Positions 38,633-47,323 of a DNA stretch of 64,000 bases are shown here, piece after piece. The position numbers were made by a program, and so were the translations under genes. This DNA comes from a virus. Where the stretch lies: IMG/VR virus record IMGVR_UViG_3300021478_000216, positions 1 through 64,000 of that record; one strand, written 5' to 3'. Every line of letters begins with the position of its first letter. Position 1 is the first letter of the stretch. The notes below the pieces were generated by a model. It was not told the origin of the DNA. It saw nothing but the letters and a program-made list of their open reading frames with translations, and made no database searches.

Positions 38633-39136
38633 ATGGCGGACAGAAATAGGCCACACTTCGGACACACGAAGACGGGTCACGCAGTTCACCTACACGCAAT
38701 CGATCATCTGCCTACACATAACGCGTATGCACGGTTTAACCGTAGGGTCGCGATCGCGATAACCACCCGGGTCGGTTCAATGACCTGTGCCTGGATCTTC
38801 TGTCTGCTAGCCCTACTAAGCCTGCCAGCTGTGTTGACACTAGTGTTCAGCCTGCACTTCTTTCCGCAGTGGCTAGTTTCGGCCGGCCTAATCGCGCTAG
38901 TAGCATGGATCGCTCAGACGTTTATTCAGCTCGTGCTCCTAAGCGTGATCATGGTAGGACAGAATATCCAGCAGACTGCTTCCGATGCTCGGTCAGCGAA
39001 GCAGTTCGAGGATACGGAGCACATAGTAGACCAGCTCGACCTGAATACTGAAGGCGGGCTCTCAGTAGTCCTCACAGCGGTCATAGAGCTGAACGAGCGC
39101 ATGGGTCGCTTCGAGGCTGGACAAAGGAAGGAGTAG
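38633..39136 (+). CDS. DUF1003-like membrane protein
   Basis: VGSMTCAW...WIAQTFIQLVLLSVIMVGQN. Confidence 0.65.
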   Translation: MADRNRPHFGHTKTGHAVHLHAIDHLPTHNAYARFNRRVAIAITTRVGSMTCAWIFCLLALLSLPAVLTLVFSLHFFPQWLVSAGLIALVAWIAQTFIQLVLLSVIMVGQNIQQTASDARSAKQFEDTEHIVDQLDLNTEGGLSVVLTAVIELNERMGRFEAGQRKE

Positions 39137-39139
39137 GTC

Positions 39140-39313
39140 ATGTTCAACAACATCGGTCAGTACAGTAAGTTCATCGTAGCCGTCCTAGGTGCGATCTCCA
39201 CAGGGGTCACGACCTTCGGTCACAACTCGCCTATGACGTCGACAGTCGTAGCTGCGATCGCAGCTGTCGTTGTCTGGCTCGTGCCTAACCAGCCCAAGCC
39301 TCCGACGTCTTAA
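39140..39313 (+). CDS. holin (57 aa)
   Basis: Hand translation MFNNIGQYSKFIVAVLGAI...AAIAAVVVWLVPN; two TMs directly upstream of the endolysin. Confidence 0.7.
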   Translation: MFNNIGQYSKFIVAVLGAISTGVTTFGHNSPMTSTVVAAIAAVVVWLVPNQPKPPTS

Positions 39314-39331
39314 TCAGGAAGGCGGACAAAC

Positions 39332-40390
39332 ATGGGTGTTATACCAGCGTTCGATGCAACATCCGCAAACTACGGAGCACTGCCTCCAGGGCAACGGTGC
39401 GCCTACGTTACAGGAACTCCAGACATCCTGTGGACTACTGCAGAGCTAGTTGCTAACCCTGGGGTCGTCCTAATCGCTCAGGCAGTCGGGCTCGCAATCG
39501 ACGAGAGTCCGTTTCCTGACATCCTGGACGTAGAAGGCGGAGCAGCCACCTATGCAGACTGTGGGCCTTGGGCCATCGCGATGCAGGCAGCTTTCTCAAC
39601 TGACAAGAGGCCAGGACAGCGTAGACCTGCTATCTACTGTTCGGCTAGTAATGTCTCGAACATCGTCAACGCTCTTGTAGCTGCAGGAGTTACGAGTCAT
39701 GTCGGGCTGTGGATCGCGAACTGGAACCTAAGCGACGCACAGGCGGTCGTAGAGGTTCTTACGGCGTCTGGTCCGTTCCCAATTATCGCTATCCAGTTCA
39801 GTGCACTAGGGGGCGGAGGCTCCTATGACCTGGATGTCTTCTCAACGTCATGGCTAGCGGACCAGTCAGGCGTCGCAGGAGACCTAGTGTCGCAAGGCTC
39901 TTCGGGCCCTGCAGTCGTCGCTCTTCAGACAGCTCTCAACACCTGGATCTCGCCGAAGATAGCCATCGATGGCTTGTTCGGCCGAGAAACCTTGAAGGCG
40001 ACTGAAGAGTTCCAAACGGATAAGCATCTCACGGTCGACGGTATAGCAGGTCCTGCAACCTGGAAGGCTCTTGAGCCTTCGGCGCCCGACCCCACTCCTG
40101 TTCCGACGCCATCGTCTGCTCCAGGAGGTCTGAAGCAGACTGTTAGGTCGGCGGCTTCTGAAGCTATCTTCTCATGGCAGGCTGTTGCAGGAGTAGCTCT
40201 GACAGAAGGTTACCACTTGCAGGTTGAGTGGGAGAAGTCAGGCTTCGGGTGGGTCCTGTCGTTCGACGTCACAGTTAAGGCGCTAACGCAATTGGTAGCG
40301 CTAGCGCCGCGAACGACTTACAGATGGAGAGTGGCGGCAAATACTACAGACCACATCTGGTCTAGCTGGGTCCAGTTCGTTACGACCTAG
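39332..40390 (+). CDS. endolysin (GH25-like muramidase + PG-binding + FN3-like)
   Basis: LDVEGG, RPAIYCS, LWIANW, YDLDVF; GSSGPAVVALQ...DGLFG...DGIAGPATW; YRWRV. Confidence 0.85.
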   Translation: MGVIPAFDATSANYGALPPGQRCAYVTGTPDILWTTAELVANPGVVLIAQAVGLAIDESPFPDILDVEGGAATYADCGPWAIAMQAAFSTDKRPGQRRPAIYCSASNVSNIVNALVAAGVTSHVGLWIANWNLSDAQAVVEVLTASGPFPIIAIQFSALGGGGSYDLDVFSTSWLADQSGVAGDLVSQGSSGPAVVALQTALNTWISPKIAIDGLFGRETLKATEEFQTDKHLTVDGIAGPATWKALEPSAPDPTPVPTPSSAPGGLKQTVRSAASEAIFSWQAVAGVALTEGYHLQVEWEKSGFGWVLSFDVTVKALTQLVALAPRTTYRWRVAANTTDHIWSSWVQFVTT

Positions 40391-40398
40391 CCCTAGGC

Positions 40399-40445
40399 GC
40401 CTGGCCCTCTCTCGCCGTCCGCCCGAGGGAGGGTCAGGCTTTGTT
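40399..40445. terminator. terminator between convergent operons
   Basis: GCCTGGCCCTCTCTCG / CGAGGGAGGGTCAGGC stem, then TTTGTT. Confidence 0.75.
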
Positions 40446-40459
40446 CGCTAGGGAGATTG

Positions 40460-40603
40460 CTAGAGCAGGTCCCAGAACGTAGTGCTCATCGCCCTGGCGT
40501 CCAGGTATGCGGGAGTGCGTAGCCAGAACGGGACCGGGCTGCCCAGTCGCATGTCCGGACCGCTGTCGTACGAGCCGTTGCCTGAGACGTGGCTCCGATT
40601 CAC
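40460..40603 (-). CDS. 47-aa peptide, tandem paralog 2
   Basis: MNRSHVSGNGSYDSGPDMRLGSPVPFWLRTPAYLDARAMSTTFWDLL; GTGA overlap with paralog 1. Confidence 0.7.
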   Translation of the reverse strand: MNRSHVSGNGSYDSGPDMRLGSPVPFWLRTPAYLDARAMSTTFWDLL

Positions 40604-40746
40604 AGTAGGTTCCAGAACGTAGTGCTGGTCATCCTAGCGTCGATGTACGCAGGAGTCCGCATGTAGAATGGGATCGGGCTGCCCATCCGCATATCCGGAC
40701 CACCGTCGCACGCGCCGTTTCCGTTGGCGTAGCTGCGGTTTTCCAT
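40600..40746 (-). CDS. 48-aa peptide, tandem paralog 1
   Basis: MENRSYANGNGACDGGPDMRMGSPIPFYMRTPAYIDARMTSTTFWNLL; GAGAGGA RBS. Confidence 0.7.
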   Translation of the reverse strand: MENRSYANGNGACDGGPDMRMGSPIPFYMRTPAYIDARMTSTTFWNLL

Positions 40747-40881
40747 GACTGTTCCTCTCATTGATCTGTTCATCTATACCAGTGTGACTTGGATGTCTCC
40801 TACGATATGCAAGGTTCTCGCGGACGTCTCTATCGGTGTACTTGTAATCGTAAGCTGGCATTCAGCACCTCCGTTCTTTTA

Positions 40882-40919
40882 ATTATATATCAATATGATA
40901 GTCGAAAGCAAGAGGCTAC
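40882..40919 (-). promoter_or_regulatory. leftward promoter TTGCTT-18-TATAAT with upstream GTAGCCTC
   Basis: Read directly; GGAGG + ATG at 40861. Confidence 0.75.
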
Positions 40920-41081
40920 AGTGAGGTTTCTATTCGGCTTTTATGATACGCTCCGCAGCTGTAAACCAGACCTCTACTAGACGCCATCTCCAGTTCCAAG
41001 TAGAGGAATTTTCAGGAGACGAGATAGCGCAGACCATATGACTGCAGATCATGTCGAAGCAAGAGTCTAGAGCTTGACCTT

Positions 41082-41434
41082 TCATGTCACACCTAGCAGG
41101 ACGATGAGAACTATAGTGAACATACAAGTGAGAGCTATACCGGTAATGAAGCCTCGTGTCCAGTACTTCTCTTGTTCAGGAGTCATGGGCTTCATGTTAC
41201 CAGAAGTCCATGAAGTGCGATATCCAGTTAAGGAACCATATAACGGCTACTATTCCTAGGATGATCACGACGATAAGAATTACTAGAAGCCAGATCGGAA
41301 TAGATACCATACTACCGGTCCTTATACCAGTCTCGGAGCCACTTGAACAAGTGGCTATACTTGATAAGTACGCACATGAGTAGAAACGAGTTAAGATATA
41401 GGATGGCTAGTATTACGGTCGGTATAGTGCTCAT
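41082..41434 (-). CDS. three tandem single-TM micropeptides (41312..41434, 41197..41310, 41082..41195)
   Basis: MSTIPTVILAILYLNSFLLMCVLIK...; MVSIPIWLLVILIVVIILGIVAVIWF...; MKPMTPEQEKYWTRGFITGIALTCMFTIVLIVLLGVT; 1-nt gaps or overlaps. Confidence 0.6.
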
Positions 41435-43986
41435 GCTGTATACTCCTGAAACATAGGAGGCTTCCAAAGTTCGACTGCGCACGGATAGGGACGATCTCCT
41501 CTGAGCCAGTCTTCGAGATGGTTCATATCGCCCCAGTTGCGACCCACTTCTACGTCGACTGTGAATGGTACGTAGTCGCCACAGATCCTGTATGCGGACT
41601 CAGCCATGCGCTGGCGCATTAGGTTGCCTACATATTCGACGTTGTCCTGATGTGTCTCAAAGTACAGAGCGTCGTGGATAGTATTACGACACCAAGCGGT
41701 CCCCTTAAGTTCCTTTCTCAGATTAATGAAGGCCTGAACGCAAATGTCAGATCCTGTAGACTGTGGAAGGAAAGCCATAGCTTCATTCTGGACGTCCTTG
41801 AGATTCTCGTCCGTAACGAGATTAAATCGACGGCGTCGACCGAATGGAGTAATCAGGTCTTCCCCGTGCGTGGCAGCCCACTTGATCTTCTCCCGAAAGG
41901 CTACAATTCGGGGAATGACCACGAAGAAGTCACGATACATAGCTTGCGCGTCACGAAGCGGAATGTCAAGCTCGTCCGAGATGGACTTAGCTTCACGACC
42001 ATAAGCTAGGCCGTACACGAAGGCTTTAACGATGATACGCTTGTCCTTGGCTGAAGCTGACGCCAGTCTGTATGATCGTTCAGGTCTAACGATAGGGAGT
42101 AGCTCGTCGAATAGGTCTCGGGAAGGATCACGGAAGATCTCTGCGAAGTAAGGCTCTTGTGCTAGCCAGGTTAGAACTCGTAGTTCAAGCTGTCCATAGT
42201 CGGCACCAACGAGTACATGGTCATCCTTGGCAACCCTATACTGGCGTCGTAGCTTGTCTCCTCGGGGAATGACCTGTAGACTAGGCTTCTTCTGACTGAG
42301 GCGTCCTGTACTTGTACTGTGTAGCATGACGGTAGGATATACCCGACCGCGCCAGACATACTTACGAAGACCTGATACATAGGTTCCATCTAGTTTGGCT
42401 ACCTTGCGGTACTTAAGCATCGTCTCCAGAAACGTGACTATATCGTCTCTCTTATCACGGCGCGTCTTAGCGGCTTCGTACATCAGAGACAAAGCTTCGG
42501 CATTCGTGGTTTCTACTAGCTCGCCCTTGGTGTTCTTCATCTTAGGTATCGTAACACCTAGTTCATGAAGAACTGCCTTGACCTGCATAGGGGAACGCGG
42601 ATTGAACTCTTCTGCTATCCTGAACATAGTGCGTTCATAGCTAGCAGCCTCGATTGCGTATTCTCTCTGAAGCTGCCGATTGTAATTCAGGTCTACAGCG
42701 AACCCGTTAAGTTCTAGATAGACGAAACCGGTCGCAGCTGCGCAGAGGAAGTCATGTAGGTCTCGGAGTCCCCACCATTCACCATCAGCTCGTGGCCTGA
42801 TCGGGTCAAGACGGAGCGCGTCTTCTCTGTCGATATCGGCATCGAAGAACTCATCCAGTTCCCAAGTGCAAACCACGTCGTAACCGTTGTACTCGTAGAG
42901 GATAGGTCGGGGGATATTGCCGAAGCGCTTGTTCCTTCCTTTGCCGGTGTATTGATCGAGATCTTCGTCATAACGAGGAGCACCTAGTTTCTCGACGGCG
43001 TTGTACTTCAGTCCGTGGATACCCGAGCGTTCATCCAGCACGTAGGATTTGAGCATGGTGTCTTGTCGGATGACAAGGTCCGTGAATCCCTTAGGATACA
43101 GGCCACTAACGTCGAATTTCCCGTTCTGAAATATGAGTTCAATACTGCGCAGCCAATCGGCCATCGATTTGAGGACTGCTTCGGATCTACAGGCCCGTTC
43201 TCCAAATACAATGCCTATGCCTTTCTGTACGCATATACCTATACAGAGCAATGCGAACCTGCTGGGATGGTCGAACGACCTTTCCTTGTCTAGATCCGTC
43301 TCAATGTCAACTACTGCCTTATTGTACTTCCGGCGCAAAACAGCTATCGCACGGAGCGCTCCCTTTTCAGTATCAATGATAACGACCTTAGGCTTTCTCC
43401 AGGGAGGAGCACTGACTACGAGCTTCTGGAAGTCGTTACACATTGAAGGAAAGGAAGCCGACGATCGCAAGCACGCTGCTGGGTGAAATGTAGGAATGAT
43501 CTTTACGTCAGGCAGATCACTAGTCTCGCGGAACGGTCCTACACGCAGCTGAGTAATGCCGATCTTAGTTCTCAGGAGCGACTGAGCCGCAGTGTTTCCT
43601 AGAGCCATGATCTGTTCGACACCGTGTTGCTTGAGTTCGGTTAGCAGTCTTTGTCGACAAGCAGTTACTGCTCCTGGAGGAGGCGTAAAGCTCGGGTTGT
43701 CTTTGGACGTACAGAGACAAGCGTTGGTAATGAACATCTCGTCTCGTCGCAGACGGTAGGCTTGCAGAACCTTGTCTAGGAGTTTGCCACTTGGTCCAAT
43801 GAATGGTCTGCCTAGCCTGATCTCTGCTCGTCCAGGATTCTGACCGACCAAAGCGATCCTAGCTCTGTCGGGGCCAGAGCTAGGAACGAATCCGTATTCA
43901 GAGGTGTTAAGCGGACAAGTCTCGCAGGCTGCTAGAGGGTGACGACGCGCTTTGGGCTGAACTAGTTCGCTGGATTGTTCCACCAC
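41431..43986 (-). CDS. family-A DNA polymerase with N-terminal family-4 uracil-DNA-glycosylase-like domain
   Basis: CETCPL, VGQNPG...PFIGPSG, TFHPAA (UDG4); DIET exonuclease; TGRLS, ADYGQLELR, KAFVYGLAYG, TIHDA. Confidence 0.92.
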   Translation of the reverse strand: MVEQSSELVQPKARRHPLAACETCPLNTSEYGFVPSSGPDRARIALVGQNPGRAEIRLGRPFIGPSGKLLDKVLQAYRLRRDEMFITNACLCTSKDNPSFTPPPGAVTACRQRLLTELKQHGVEQIMALGNTAAQSLLRTKIGITQLRVGPFRETSDLPDVKIIPTFHPAACLRSSASFPSMCNDFQKLVVSAPPWRKPKVVIIDTEKGALRAIAVLRRKYNKAVVDIETDLDKERSFDHPSRFALLCIGICVQKGIGIVFGERACRSEAVLKSMADWLRSIELIFQNGKFDVSGLYPKGFTDLVIRQDTMLKSYVLDERSGIHGLKYNAVEKLGAPRYDEDLDQYTGKGRNKRFGNIPRPILYEYNGYDVVCTWELDEFFDADIDREDALRLDPIRPRADGEWWGLRDLHDFLCAAATGFVYLELNGFAVDLNYNRQLQREYAIEAASYERTMFRIAEEFNPRSPMQVKAVLHELGVTIPKMKNTKGELVETTNAEALSLMYEAAKTRRDKRDDIVTFLETMLKYRKVAKLDGTYVSGLRKYVWRGRVYPTVMLHSTSTGRLSQKKPSLQVIPRGDKLRRQYRVAKDDHVLVGADYGQLELRVLTWLAQEPYFAEIFRDPSRDLFDELLPIVRPERSYRLASASAKDKRIIVKAFVYGLAYGREAKSISDELDIPLRDAQAMYRDFFVVIPRIVAFREKIKWAATHGEDLITPFGRRRRFNLVTDENLKDVQNEAMAFLPQSTGSDICVQAFINLRKELKGTAWCRNTIHDALYFETHQDNVEYVGNLMRQRMAESAYRICGDYVPFTVDVEVGRNWGDMNHLEDWLRGDRPYPCAVELWKPPMFQEYTA

Positions 43987-44114
43987 GTTACGTCCCCGTT
44001 CTGGTGCGGAGTGTCATTGCCGTGTTCGTTGCGCAAGCAGTAAATGTCTGTATCACGCAACCGGACGTTGCAATGTTCACTCCACGTTAGTAGGTCCGTG
44101 AGGCTTTGGTCCAT
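43962..44114 (-). CDS. 50-aa C-C-H-H zinc-finger-like protein
   Basis: Hand translation MDQSLTDLLTWSEHCNVRLRDTDIYCLRNEHGNDTPHQNGDVTWW... Confidence 0.5.
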   Translation of the reverse strand: MDQSLTDLLTWSEHCNVRLRDTDIYCLRNEHGNDTPHQNGDVTWWNNPAN

Positions 44115-44709
44115 TGTTGTCTTCCTGAAAGGTCATAACGTGTAGCGGATATCTTTCCTTCTCGAGCTGACGAAGACGTTCGAGGCAGATCGTATAGACC
44201 TTACGTAGGTCGTCGTATTCGGTGCTTCCTGGCTTAACTCCGGCTCGTAGAAGGTAGGCGACCATCTCTCCGCGCCAGTAATCAAGCTTGAAGGCCTTAA
44301 TGACGTCCCAGGGTTCTAGTCCAGACTCCGAACGGTAGTACTCAGGGTGGTGCTCGTCAGGCTTCTCGAAGAGAGGCTTAACGGCTTCGTTGTAGTCGAA
44401 AGGCTTGCCGGGGTGGTATCCAGGAGTACTAGGTTCAGAGCCTAGGTTGACAGCTTCGGAGAGTCTTTCGCTGTAGTCTCTGAGTGAAGCTCCGTAGTCA
44501 GTTTCTCCTCGCAGGACTTGTATAAGCTCACAGTGCATAGGATCGTCAGTTAGACGAACTGCGAAAGGTCTCGTACTAGCCAGCGGGTTATTACTGTGGT
44601 AGTACTGTATGACGTAGCAGCCTGGAGGCGTTTCCCAGTCCTGGTCTGTAGGGATATTGACGATACGTTCTGTCACTGGTTCCACCTCTGAATTGGAGTT
44701 AGACCCCAC
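44077..44709 (-). CDS. DUF3310-like protein
   Basis: HHPEYY...LEPWDVI...YWRG...YLLRAGVK...DLRK. Confidence 0.7.
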   Translation of the reverse strand: MGSNSNSEVEPVTERIVNIPTDQDWETPPGCYVIQYYHSNNPLASTRPFAVRLTDDPMHCELIQVLRGETDYGASLRDYSERLSEAVNLGSEPSTPGYHPGKPFDYNEAVKPLFEKPDEHHPEYYRSESGLEPWDVIKAFKLDYWRGEMVAYLLRAGVKPGSTEYDDLRKVYTICLERLRQLEKERYPLHVMTFQEDNNGPKPHGPTNVE

Positions 44710-45509
44710 TGATCGAGGGTCTTGATGTTGCGTTCTATAAGGAATGGTTGATCGAAATCCTCAGCCGTAAGGTCGAAGTAGTTGTCAGGCCTGGGAACTT
44801 CGACTCTACCAACTTCTTCTATGTTTATCCCCCTGTGCGCATACGAGAAAGGTGCGATAGTGTCCATGCTCCGAACTAGACCAGAGACCGAAGCACAGTG
44901 CTGAAGCTCTGTTGGCCATTGGTCACTGAAGCCTAGCAGGTGAATATCGTAACGAGTACCGTAGCGCTTCTTGATCTCCAAAGCCAGTTCGAATCTAGCT
45001 GTGGGGTTGCCTGATCTGTAACAGGTAGTTCGGCTGATAGAGATCGTCTTGATATGGTGACTTGTGTCGCTGTGGTTCAGTTCGGACACGAATTCTAGAG
45101 ACTCTTGAAGACTCTGTCCGTGAGCTACAGCTGCGATGCGAGGAACCTTGCCACCGAAAGGCATAGGTCCTCGTAGAGTTTCTAGGAACTGCTGCGTAAG
45201 CACCAGCGTTGCAGAAGGATCTCCTAGGACGTCTGGAGCTACTAGCTCGGTTGCACCGTAACGTGCGGCTACTCGTATTAGGTCGTAGTCATTTAGACGT
45301 TCTCCTTCCCAGGCACCGTTGTCTAGTAGCCACTCGACGTGATGACTCTTCCACGCCTGGTTGTAGAAGTCTAGGTAATGCGCGTTCGGAGGTTCTCCAC
45401 CGTTAGGATGAATAAGTTCGCCTGCCAGAGCCATCTGGATACGACGATCTTCGCAGTACTGCTGTGCGAGAGCGCCTGGAGGGATAATTGCTACTTCTAC
45501 CGGAATCAT
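44673..45509 (-). CDS. dpdA: DpdA-like DNA transglycosylase (TGT fold)
   Basis: LLDNGAWE, APDVLGD, HGQ, IHLLG, RSMDT; next to folE and queD. Confidence 0.72.
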   Translation of the reverse strand: MIPVEVAIIPPGALAQQYCEDRRIQMALAGELIHPNGGEPPNAHYLDFYNQAWKSHHVEWLLDNGAWEGERLNDYDLIRVAARYGATELVAPDVLGDPSATLVLTQQFLETLRGPMPFGGKVPRIAAVAHGQSLQESLEFVSELNHSDTSHHIKTISISRTTCYRSGNPTARFELALEIKKRYGTRYDIHLLGFSDQWPTELQHCASVSGLVRSMDTIAPFSYAHRGINIEEVGRVEVPRPDNYFDLTAEDFDQPFLIERNIKTLDQWGLTPIQRWNQ

Positions 45510-45712
45510 AATACGGTTTTAACCTCTTCCCAGTCTTCCTTGTATGGAGCGCTATCTTCGTCCACGTCTGCCATCCAGCCAAGAGAGTTACGGATTGTGA
45601 AGCTCTCACCTGGGAGAAAGTCATGAACGAGAACCTTGCCTGAAGGCCAGTTTCGTCGACGCATCATGAAGCCTGCTTTGGCCTTTGCGAAGGCTTCTGG
45701 AGTGTTCATCAT
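45506..45712 (-). CDS. DUF2829/Tad2-like small protein
   Basis: EAFAKAKAGFMMRRRNW...W...EDWE matches my recollection of the DUF2829 pattern. Confidence 0.5.
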   Translation of the reverse strand: MMNTPEAFAKAKAGFMMRRRNWPSGKVLVHDFLPGESFTIRNSLGWMADVDEDSAPYKEDWEEVKTVL

Positions 45713-46323
45713 AGTCCCAACAGCGTAAAGAATTCCTCTTTGACATGGCGCTTGTTATCGACGAAGACGCCTCTGACAGCGCTGGTGACCGTTTCGGTCT
45801 CATGTGCTAGTGCGCCTCGTAGCGACATGCAGCTGTGGAACGCTTTCATGACGACGATAACACCTTGGGGGTTCAGGATGTCATTGAACGTATCAGCTAG
45901 GTCTGTAGTCAGCTCTTCCTGGACCGCAGGAGTCTTAGCTGCTGTCTGAACCTGGCGTGCTATCTTGGATAGACCTGCGATTAGTCCGTCAGGAACGTAG
46001 CCGACGTGGCAAGTACCTGTGAAGGGTGCGAGATGGTGCGAACATAGACTTACGAATCGTATGTTCTTGACTACTACTAGTTCGTGTGCATCAGTCTTGA
46101 AGGTTGTGAACTTCCAACGCTCGCTAGCGTCCGTCAGTTCTCGTAGCATCTTGACGAATCGTAGCGGCGTGTCCTTGACATCGTCGCCTTCCCAGTCGAA
46201 GTCTGGTATGACCTTTTCGAGCAGGAGTTTCATCAAAATTTCAGGTGATGTAGAAGACAGGTCTAGTACTTCTCTGCCTGATACTGAGTCGTAGTACGGT
46301 TGCCCGTCAGGTTCGAAAAGCAT
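45709..46323 (-). CDS. folE: GTP cyclohydrolase I
   Basis: DTPLRF, FVSLCSHHLAPF, GLSKIAR, VQEELT, HSCMSLRG. Confidence 0.93.
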   Translation of the reverse strand: MLFEPDGQPYYDSVSGREVLDLSSTSPEILMKLLLEKVIPDFDWEGDDVKDTPLRFVKMLRELTDASERWKFTTFKTDAHELVVVKNIRFVSLCSHHLAPFTGTCHVGYVPDGLIAGLSKIARQVQTAAKTPAVQEELTTDLADTFNDILNPQGVIVVMKAFHSCMSLRGALAHETETVTSAVRGVFVDNKRHVKEEFFTLLGL

Positions 46324-46796
46324 CAGAATCCTGTGAAACTCAGCGAAGTCAGTGCGTTGCGTGCACGTTGCTTATCGGGATTAGACATGGGTTCGGCTGC
46401 TAGAGACTCTAGTACATCTAGAACGGTATCGAGCGGCGGTAGTGAATGAGGCGAATACCAGGCGGTTGTCTTCGGAGTCTCACTGACTCGTACAGCTGTA
46501 ACCTCTGGATACAAGGCTACTGCCCGTTCATAGAACAGCTTCGCCATATTTTCAGCTGTAGGCTGTGCGATCGTGTCGTTGATCTGTCTGTGGTCGAACG
46601 TGTTGTCGAGCCAGGTCTTAAAGCGTCCTAGCTCACCGTAGTCACGTACGAAGCCTACATCGTCGAGTGCAGGACTTTCTAGATACAGTTCGACCTCGTA
46701 ATTGTGTCCATGCAAGCGTCCGCAAGGGTGACCTTCTACAAGATCATTGAGATAGTGCGCTGCTGAGAACTGAAATGTCTTACTGATGCGCCACAT
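46323..46796 (-). CDS. queD: 6-carboxytetrahydropterin synthase
   Basis: FSAAHYL, CGRLHGHNY, FDHR, PTAENMA, VSETP; start MWRISK; short extra C-terminal helix. Confidence 0.93.
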   Translation of the reverse strand: MWRISKTFQFSAAHYLNDLVEGHPCGRLHGHNYEVELYLESPALDDVGFVRDYGELGRFKTWLDNTFDHRQINDTIAQPTAENMAKLFYERAVALYPEVTAVRVSETPKTTAWYSPHSLPPLDTVLDVLESLAAEPMSNPDKQRARNALTSLSFTGF

Positions 46797-46797
46797 G

Positions 46798-47178
46798 CTA
46801 GTATCCGATCGGAGGAGGCGTGGGTGTACGGCCGGTAGGAGAACCTTCGATACCGAGTTGCTTCGGACCGATAGCCTTGCGCTTAAGGTCGTCAGGCTTC
46901 CAAGTCTCGAATAGATGCTTGATACAGGTAGCGTAGTCGGGTCCGTCGATAAGGACACAGGTGCGCATATGTGTCGTCAGTGTCAGATCCGTATGCGTGA
47001 TACCTGCATGAATCGGGAAGATTCCGTCGAACACTTGGTGGAACCCCGCTTCGTATCGGAGTTCCGCATAACTGAGCTCCTTGCTAGCAATGATACGAAC
47101 TTTCCCGTCAGGAAGCTGCATACCACAGATAGACCATTCGGGATTCGGGAACTGCGAGCTAAAGTCGTAATTAGGCAC
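46798..47178 (-). CDS. hypothetical protein
   Basis: AGGAG RBS + GTG. Confidence 0.6.
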   Translation of the reverse strand: MPNYDFSSQFPNPEWSICGMQLPDGKVRIIASKELSYAELRYEAGFHQVFDGIFPIHAGITHTDLTLTTHMRTCVLIDGPDYATCIKHLFETWKPDDLKRKAIGPKQLGIEGSPTGRTPTPPPIGY

Positions 47179-47194
47179 TGTGTCTCCTAGGTGC

Positions 47195-47315
47195 TGAAGA
47201 TGTAGGCGGTAGGTCGGTCCAGTCGCATTCTCACGGGTACCATCTTCTGGTCTTGTACTACCCCGCTAAACCGTGTGCTGCCTACTCTTACCTCGCGACG
47301 TGGCCTACATCTTCA
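47195..47315 (-). ncRNA. candidate structured RNA closed by a 13-bp perfect helix
   Basis: TGAAGATGTAGGC / GCCTACATCTTCA encloses ~95 nt with internal complementarity; fills the intergenic gap. Confidence 0.5.
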
Positions 47316-47323
47316 TGGTCTAG

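Noticed and set aside
40460-40746. DGR template/variable repeat pair
   Set aside because: Differences are not adenine-specific, no reverse transcriptase is present, and the pattern fits codon-level divergence.
40634-40861. 75-aa ORF MPAYDYKY... as a full-length gene
   Set aside because: It has a good promoter and RBS, but its 3' half overlaps peptide paralog 1 out of frame; it may be a leader or truncated remnant, so it is left uncalled.
47195-47315. preQ1 riboswitch call
   Set aside because: Lacks the preQ1-I stem-loop plus A-rich tail consensus; kept only as an unclassified structured RNA.
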